Shown: positions 59,305-64,000 of the stretch, in pieces
Layout of the letters: every line of letters starts with the position of its first letter
Position numbering within the stretch: position 1 is the stretch's first letter
Assembly (NCBI GenBank): GCA_965262755.1
Contig: OZ253557.1
Span: 718,619-782,618 of the forward strand
DNA from: Alphaproteobacteria bacterium
GTDB taxonomy: Bacteria; Pseudomonadota; Alphaproteobacteria; UBA828
DNA length: 64,000 bases
Direction of reading: 5' to 3'
Translations under genes and position numbers: made by a program
Notes under the pieces: model-generated
What the model saw: only the letters and a program-made list of their open reading frames with translations
Told to the model about the DNA's origin: nothing
Database searches by the model: none

Positions 59305-59961
59305 ATGGCAAATATTGACCAACGCCTCAGAAGACTCGAGCTGACTTTCGCGGCCGTCGCAGGTGGAGCAGCAGTCCTCCTGGTACTCGTCCTCGGGTTC
59401 TTCGGCTTTACGACAGCCTACCAAATTCCCAAAGAGGTTAAACAGCAGATCCCAGAAGCGGTTTCCAATGAAATCGAGAAGAAATACCCCAACATTAGGA
59501 CAGAACTGGAACAAAAAATGCTCGAGCTCAGTGACTCCGTGCAGCGCGCGCGCGTCGCCGCCGAAAATCTTGAGAAACTCTCCGTTACCCACGATCAAAG
59601 ACTTGCTTCTCTGGAGACAGCGATAAAGACGAAACGATTTCACAATTTCGGACACATCAAGTGCGGAAAAACAATAACTCTAACTGTCCCCGACGGAACC
59701 ACAGATGACTGGAGTTTGTTCGGCGCAAACCCAAATATATCAGCAGAAACCGCCCCCAGAGCTTCCGGCGACAACGCCCTCTTCTCTATCGAAACAGCCA
59801 TCACAACTCAGGATAACAAAAAAGTCTGGTCTGTAAAATTCTCAGTTTACATCAACGACAGCACCAATAGCAAGGCTAATAACCGACAATTCCAATACTG
59901 CGATTCGAAGTGGTTTAGGTCCACACCCACATTACAAATCCTTGCCGCCAGGATTACCTGA
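59305..59961 (+). CDS. low-GC membrane-anchored hypothetical protein with coiled coil
   Basis: TM segment near the N-terminus; CAGGAAG upstream. Confidence 0.75.
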   Translation: MANIDQRLRRLELTFAAVAGGAAVLLVLVLGFFGFTTAYQIPKEVKQQIPEAVSNEIEKKYPNIRTELEQKMLELSDSVQRARVAAENLEKLSVTHDQRLASLETAIKTKRFHNFGHIKCGKTITLTVPDGTTDDWSLFGANPNISAETAPRASGDNALFSIETAITTQDNKKVWSVKFSVYINDSTNSKANNRQFQYCDSKWFRSTPTLQILAARIT

Positions 59962-60304
59962 TCCCACCGAGTCCTCTCCACCGCGGAAGCATAAGCCGCC
60001 TCAACTCTTACACCCTAGAAAGACAAACCCGCTCTTTGCAGACCATGACGGACGCCCCGCCTCAACAGCCCGCGGTCCTCGGCGCAGGCTTACAAATCGG
60101 CGCCGGCCCGCCGGCGGCTTTAGCCTCCGGCGGACACCGTCAGTGCGGTCGGATAACTTTCGGCGCGTGCGGGCAACCCGCCCCGCCCGATTGTCTTCGG
60201 ACCCGACACCGAACCGCCGCTGTTCCCCGCGCCGACCACCCTCGACGGCTCTGTTGCAAGCTTGGCGAAGGGGCGATGCGTGATCAGGGGGCTTCCTGTT
60301 CACC

Positions 60305-62983
60305 TTATGATTCTGCGTTGGCCAGACGGTCCTGTAGCAACGCCACCGCCTCGGTCAGAGCGCACGGTCCGAGAGCGAAGGCGCGCTCGACGATCCGGGC
60401 CTCGCCGACAATGCCGCCCTGGAGGGCGAACATCCCGGCCTGGCCCTTGCGCAGCGCGCGCATCACCTCGAAGCCCTTGATCGTGGCGTAGGCCGTCTTC
60501 AGCGTCTTGAACCCGCGCACGGGCCGGATCAGCAGCTTGAGCTTGCCGTGGTCGGCCTCGATGACGTTGTTGAGGTATTTCACCTGCCTGTGCCTCGTGT
60601 CCTTCGGGCACTTGCCCTCGGCCTTCAGCTCCGCGATGGCAGCGGCATAGGCCGGCGCCTTGTCGGTGTTGAGCACCTCGGGCTGCTCCCACTCCTTCAA
60701 TCCTCTCAGCGCCTTGCCGAGAAATCGCTTCGCTGCCTTGGTGTTGCGGGTCGCCGAGAGGTAGAAATCGATCGTGTTCCCGAGCTTGTCCACCGCCCGG
60801 TACAGATACGCCCACTTGCCGCGGACCTTGATGTAGGTCTCGTCGACGCGCCAACTCCGCGACTGCGGCCGGCGCCACTGCCAGCGCAGACGTTTCTCCA
60901 TCTCCGGCGCGAAACGCTGCACCCAACGATAGATCGTGGAGTGGTCGACCGCGACGCCGCGCTCGGTCATCATCGCTTCGAGGTCGCGGTAGCTGATCGG
61001 ATACCGGTAGTGTTACGGTAGGAACGCCGGTTGCCCGACGCCCCCCGTGCAGATCCCCGCATGCGCGCTAACGCACGGGGCTCCTACCTCGGGTGTTTGA
61101 CGGCAAACCGCTGTTCTGGCCATGGATGCAGGATTTGCAGCGGCGGCCAGAAAGCCGCCGCGACCCTTCCCAGCTTGTCCAGCTTGGTCCGGTCCATCTG
61201 CGACCGGCGTCTCAAGACACGCAGCCACATTCGTCGGAGTCGAAATGCAAACCGCTTGAGGGACGGGGAACTGGTCGGGACGGCGTAGTAGTGCAGCCAT
61301 CCATTCAGAATCTTCCCTAGCCATTTGGCCACCTCATATGGGTTATGGTGCATCCGCCGACGCAGCTCGGCACCGATACGCCGTAGGGTCCGGTCGACCC
61401 GCTTGCCCACCGGCTTGCGCCCCAGCCCGAACTTCCCGTTCCTCGTCGTTCGGCAGTAGTGCGTGAACCCGAGAAAGTCGAAGGTTTCGGGACGCCGCTC
61501 GCCTCGTGCCCGGCGGTTCTTTTGCGCAAACCGCCCGAACTCGATGAGACGGGTTTTGTCAGGGTGTAGCTCCAGTGAAAACGAGGCCGTCCTTTCCTTC
61601 AGGTCGTGTAGAAACCGCTCCGCATCCCGCTGGTACTGGAACCCGACCACGAAATCATCGGCGTACCTCACGATGATTGTGTTGCCTTCGGCTGTTCGGG
61701 CGCGCCACTTCTTGTGGAACCACAGGTCGAGGACATAGTGCAAATAGACGTTCGCCAGAATCGGCGAAACAATCGCACCCTGCGGAGTGCCCCGAAGGTC
61801 ATCCCGCCATTCGCCCCCTTCCATGACGCCAGCATTGAGCCACTTGACAATCAAGCGGATAACCCGCCTGTCGCCGATACGGTGCTCCAGAAACCGGACC
61901 AGCCAGTCCCTGTCGATTCGGTCAAAGTACGACCGGATGTCCGCATCGACAATCCATCTGACCCCTCGCCGTTCTATCCCGAAAGCCAGGGCGTCGAGCG
62001 CATCATGCGCCCCACGTCCGGGTCGGAACCCATAGCTGAATCCGAGGAACTCCGGCTCGTATATCGGCAAAAGGATGGTCTCCGCCACCGCCTTCTGGAC
62101 AATCTTGTCCTCCACTGCGGCGATGCCCAGCGGTCGTGTTCCCCCGTCCGGCTTCGGTATCTCTACCCGCCGCGACGGACGCGCCCGGTACGCTCCGCTC
62201 TGAACCCGGTCATGCAGGTCGCTCAGCCGTTTGGCCAGACCCTTCCCGTATTCATGCCACGTCACGCCATCCACGCCTGCCGCTGCCTCCTTCTTCAACG
62301 AAAAGTAGGCCGCATCGAGCGCTTCCGTCGTGATGTGGTGCAACAGCGCAGTGAGCTTCTCCTTCGGCTTCCTCGTTGCTGCTTGCCGTATCCGCTCCGC
62401 CGCTTGTGTCACGCGCGCCCGGCGCTGTGTCCGGTGCGTGCTTTGGCCTCGCGGATTCCCCTTGGTTCCAGCCCTTCCCTCCGTCGGCTCCGCCGGAACC
62501 GAGGTCCCTTTGTTCGCCGCCCTCATCGGTACTATGGCCAGATCCGATTGCTCCAACCCGTTCATCATCGATTCGGACTATCTCCTCTCTTCCGCGGCCC
62601 CGGTACGACGACCGGGGCGGATTGGAGCCCTCTCAGGTCCCCTGCGTGGACGTACGTGCGTGCCTGGGTTCTTAGACGCCGCGGAGCCCTCGCGCCCTCA
62701 CGAAAGCGGGCGGTCAGTGTTGCCTTCGGCCGCTGATACAGCCTCGGCACTCCGAATGACCATGTTTCGACGCTCAATAGCCCTGCCCGCACGCGCCGCT
62801 ACCGACACTTCACATGACACCTCACGATGCCCTGCGCACGGCTCGCGGCGAAGGCGGCTCGTTACACCTTTCCTCCCGCCGGACTTTCACCGGCTATCCA
62901 CGTCAGAGTTAGCCTGACATTCACCAGCGTACGGCCCAGAGCACGATCTCCCCCCGAAAGTGACGTCCCTTGAAGTCGCTCAT
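60305..62983 (-). CDS. IS6 transposase, two exons (62983-62923 and 61011-60305), 255 aa when spliced
   Basis: MSDFKGRHFRGEIVLWAVRW + YYRYPISYRDLE; WRVDETY, NTDKAPAY, YLNNVIEADH. Confidence 0.9.
61012..62922 (-). ncRNA. group II intron (1911 nt)
   Basis: Domain V GAGCCCCGTGCGTTAGCGCGCATGCGGGGATCTG, domain VI with bulged A, 3' AAC, 5' GAATG followed by a GGTGAAAGTCC hairpin; removal restores the transposase frame. Confidence 0.92.
61084..62568 (-). CDS. ltrA: group II intron reverse transcriptase/maturase, no endonuclease domain
   Basis: IPKPDGGTRPLGI, SYGFRPGR, GTPQG, RYADD, FDFLGF, domain X GWLHYY. Confidence 0.96.
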   Translation of the reverse strand: MMNGLEQSDLAIVPMRAANKGTSVPAEPTEGRAGTKGNPRGQSTHRTQRRARVTQAAERIRQAATRKPKEKLTALLHHITTEALDAAYFSLKKEAAAGVDGVTWHEYGKGLAKRLSDLHDRVQSGAYRARPSRRVEIPKPDGGTRPLGIAAVEDKIVQKAVAETILLPIYEPEFLGFSYGFRPGRGAHDALDALAFGIERRGVRWIVDADIRSYFDRIDRDWLVRFLEHRIGDRRVIRLIVKWLNAGVMEGGEWRDDLRGTPQGAIVSPILANVYLHYVLDLWFHKKWRARTAEGNTIIVRYADDFVVGFQYQRDAERFLHDLKERTASFSLELHPDKTRLIEFGRFAQKNRRARGERRPETFDFLGFTHYCRTTRNGKFGLGRKPVGKRVDRTLRRIGAELRRRMHHNPYEVAKWLGKILNGWLHYYAVPTSSPSLKRFAFRLRRMWLRVLRRRSQMDRTKLDKLGRVAAAFWPPLQILHPWPEQRFAVKHPR

Positions 62984-63153
62984 GCCTCAACCCCTCTCGG
63001 CAGATCACGCAGACACGTCACCAAATAGCCGGACTTTGCAACAGAGCCCCCGCGCGCACGATCGGCAGGCCGGTGCCGCCGCCTGCTCCGGCAGCTCATC
63101 CTTGGCTGAGCACGCGCCGGCGGGTGGGTTTTGCTCGGCCTGCGCTGGCGCGG

Positions 63154-64000
63154 TCATTCCTCCTCGCCGGAGTACGGGTTGAAATCCTCCTCCAGCTTCG
63201 ACAACAGGAAGAATGTCTCTTCCACCGCATTTGTTATCAGCAGGATGTTGGCCATATCGAGCTTGGGTAATGGCGGATCCGCTTCCAGATATCTGCCCCG
63301 CATCGTGCGCATCAGCTCGCCGCGATCGCCGGTCAGCTGAGTCGCAATGTCCCAGGACTGTCTGTCGTCGCTTTCCATCGCGCTGTCCAGGGACAGGAAC
63401 ACGCTGTCCACGCCCTCGCATATGTTCTCCTGAAACTGCTTGAGGGATGGCCGGTCGCCAAGCTCGACCAGCGCCGCGCACATGACGCCCGTGGCGTCCG
63501 CTATCCACGAAAGAAGTTTTTGGCGATTCATCAGTGCATTGCGGCCTTCCACTCCCTGCATGGGATGAAGCGTGTGCAAGTCCGTCAGAAAATCATTGAT
63601 TTCAGACAGTACCGTCCGGGACACATCCCGAAGCGGGCCTACATCCTTGTTCTGCCGCACGAGCTCGAAGTACCCGGACAACATGCTGAACGCGCGCCTC
63701 TGCTCGAGGTCGACCAGCACCAGAGAGGTCTCCACGTCCACCGAGGCACGCTCGTGGATGAACTCGGTGCGCGAGAGCTCGTCGATCTCCGAGACCGGCC
63801 ACAGCCTCTCGAGAATCCGGCTCGAAACCCCCAGTCCGGCGAGCATGATCGGCACGGGAACCACGGACGGGATCAGGTACACGAGGGCCAGTTGCTGGCT
63901 TAGATCGAAACCGGTCGCGGAGATCAACGCCTTCATCGACGGCACGTCGAGATAGACTTCGGCGTAGTGCAAAGGGATGGTCACCGCACAGATCAGCAGG
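63154..64000 (-). CDS. probable Na/Pi-cotransporter family protein C-terminus (PhoU-like helical domains), partial
   Basis: TM segment followed by two helical domains; ORF appears to run off the window end. Confidence 0.55.
   Translation of the reverse strand, partial: LLICAVTIPLHYAEVYLDVPSMKALISATGFDLSQQLALVYLIPSVVPVPIMLAGLGVSSRILERLWPVSEIDELSRTEFIHERASVDVETSLVLVDLEQRRAFSMLSGYFELVRQNKDVGPLRDVSRTVLSEINDFLTDLHTLHPMQGVEGRNALMNRQKLLSWIADATGVMCAALVELGDRPSLKQFQENICEGVDSVFLSLDSAMESDDRQSWDIATQLTGDRGELMRTMRGRYLEADPPLPKLDMANILLITNAVEETFFLLSKLEEDFNPYSGEEE

Larger units (their letters stand above)
60247..63048 (-). mobile_element. IS6-family element carrying a group II intron
   Basis: IS26-like IRs GGCTCTGTTGCAA at 60247 and TTGCAACAGAGCC ending at 63048. 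Confidence 0.93.

Noticed and set aside
61084-62568. Reverse transcriptase as retron, DGR or Abi RT
   Set aside because: Domains V/VI, maturase domain X and precise exon rejoining identify a group II intron.

Overview
High-GC, probably alphaproteobacterial accessory DNA. The SRCR/FN3/Calx-beta adhesin and Sel1 protein suggest a host-associated, possibly sponge-symbiont lineage; this is inference. Layout: (i) 2.7-17.7 kb is a decayed conjugative element with a leading region (Cys-rich Zn-finger protein, ssb, DUF2493/SLOG), candidate oriT, MOB-F relaxase-helicase, VirD4-like coupling protein, DotA/TraY remnant, RdfS-like HTH and a split FseA-like activator. A second RdfS-like HTH, F-type pilin and truncated traL lie at 47.4-48 kb. 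(ii) 18-26.4 kb is an ~2,800-aa autotransporter-like adhesin with a 9x heptamer repeat at its 5' end. (iii) 26.7-46.8 kb is a defence-island-like block: two nuclease-STAND-type NTPases, AbiEi/AbiEii, XRE+ImmA/IrrE, DEDDh-BRCT exonuclease, DUF6979-like, DUF4238 and an mcrC remnant. (iv) There is dense IS debris (IS630, IS3, IS21, IS256, IS66, IS110, IS6) and a group II intron inside an IS6 transposase. Best finding: four diverged copies of a 92-bp IS21-ended MITE, each carrying an IHF consensus site. One copy is interrupted at a CT core by an intact IS110 plus a tandem mini-IS110. The IS110 5' non-coding region contains two short segments matching both halves of that target, i.e. a candidate bridge RNA programmed against another mobile element. 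All family assignments are by eye from motifs; no database searches were run.
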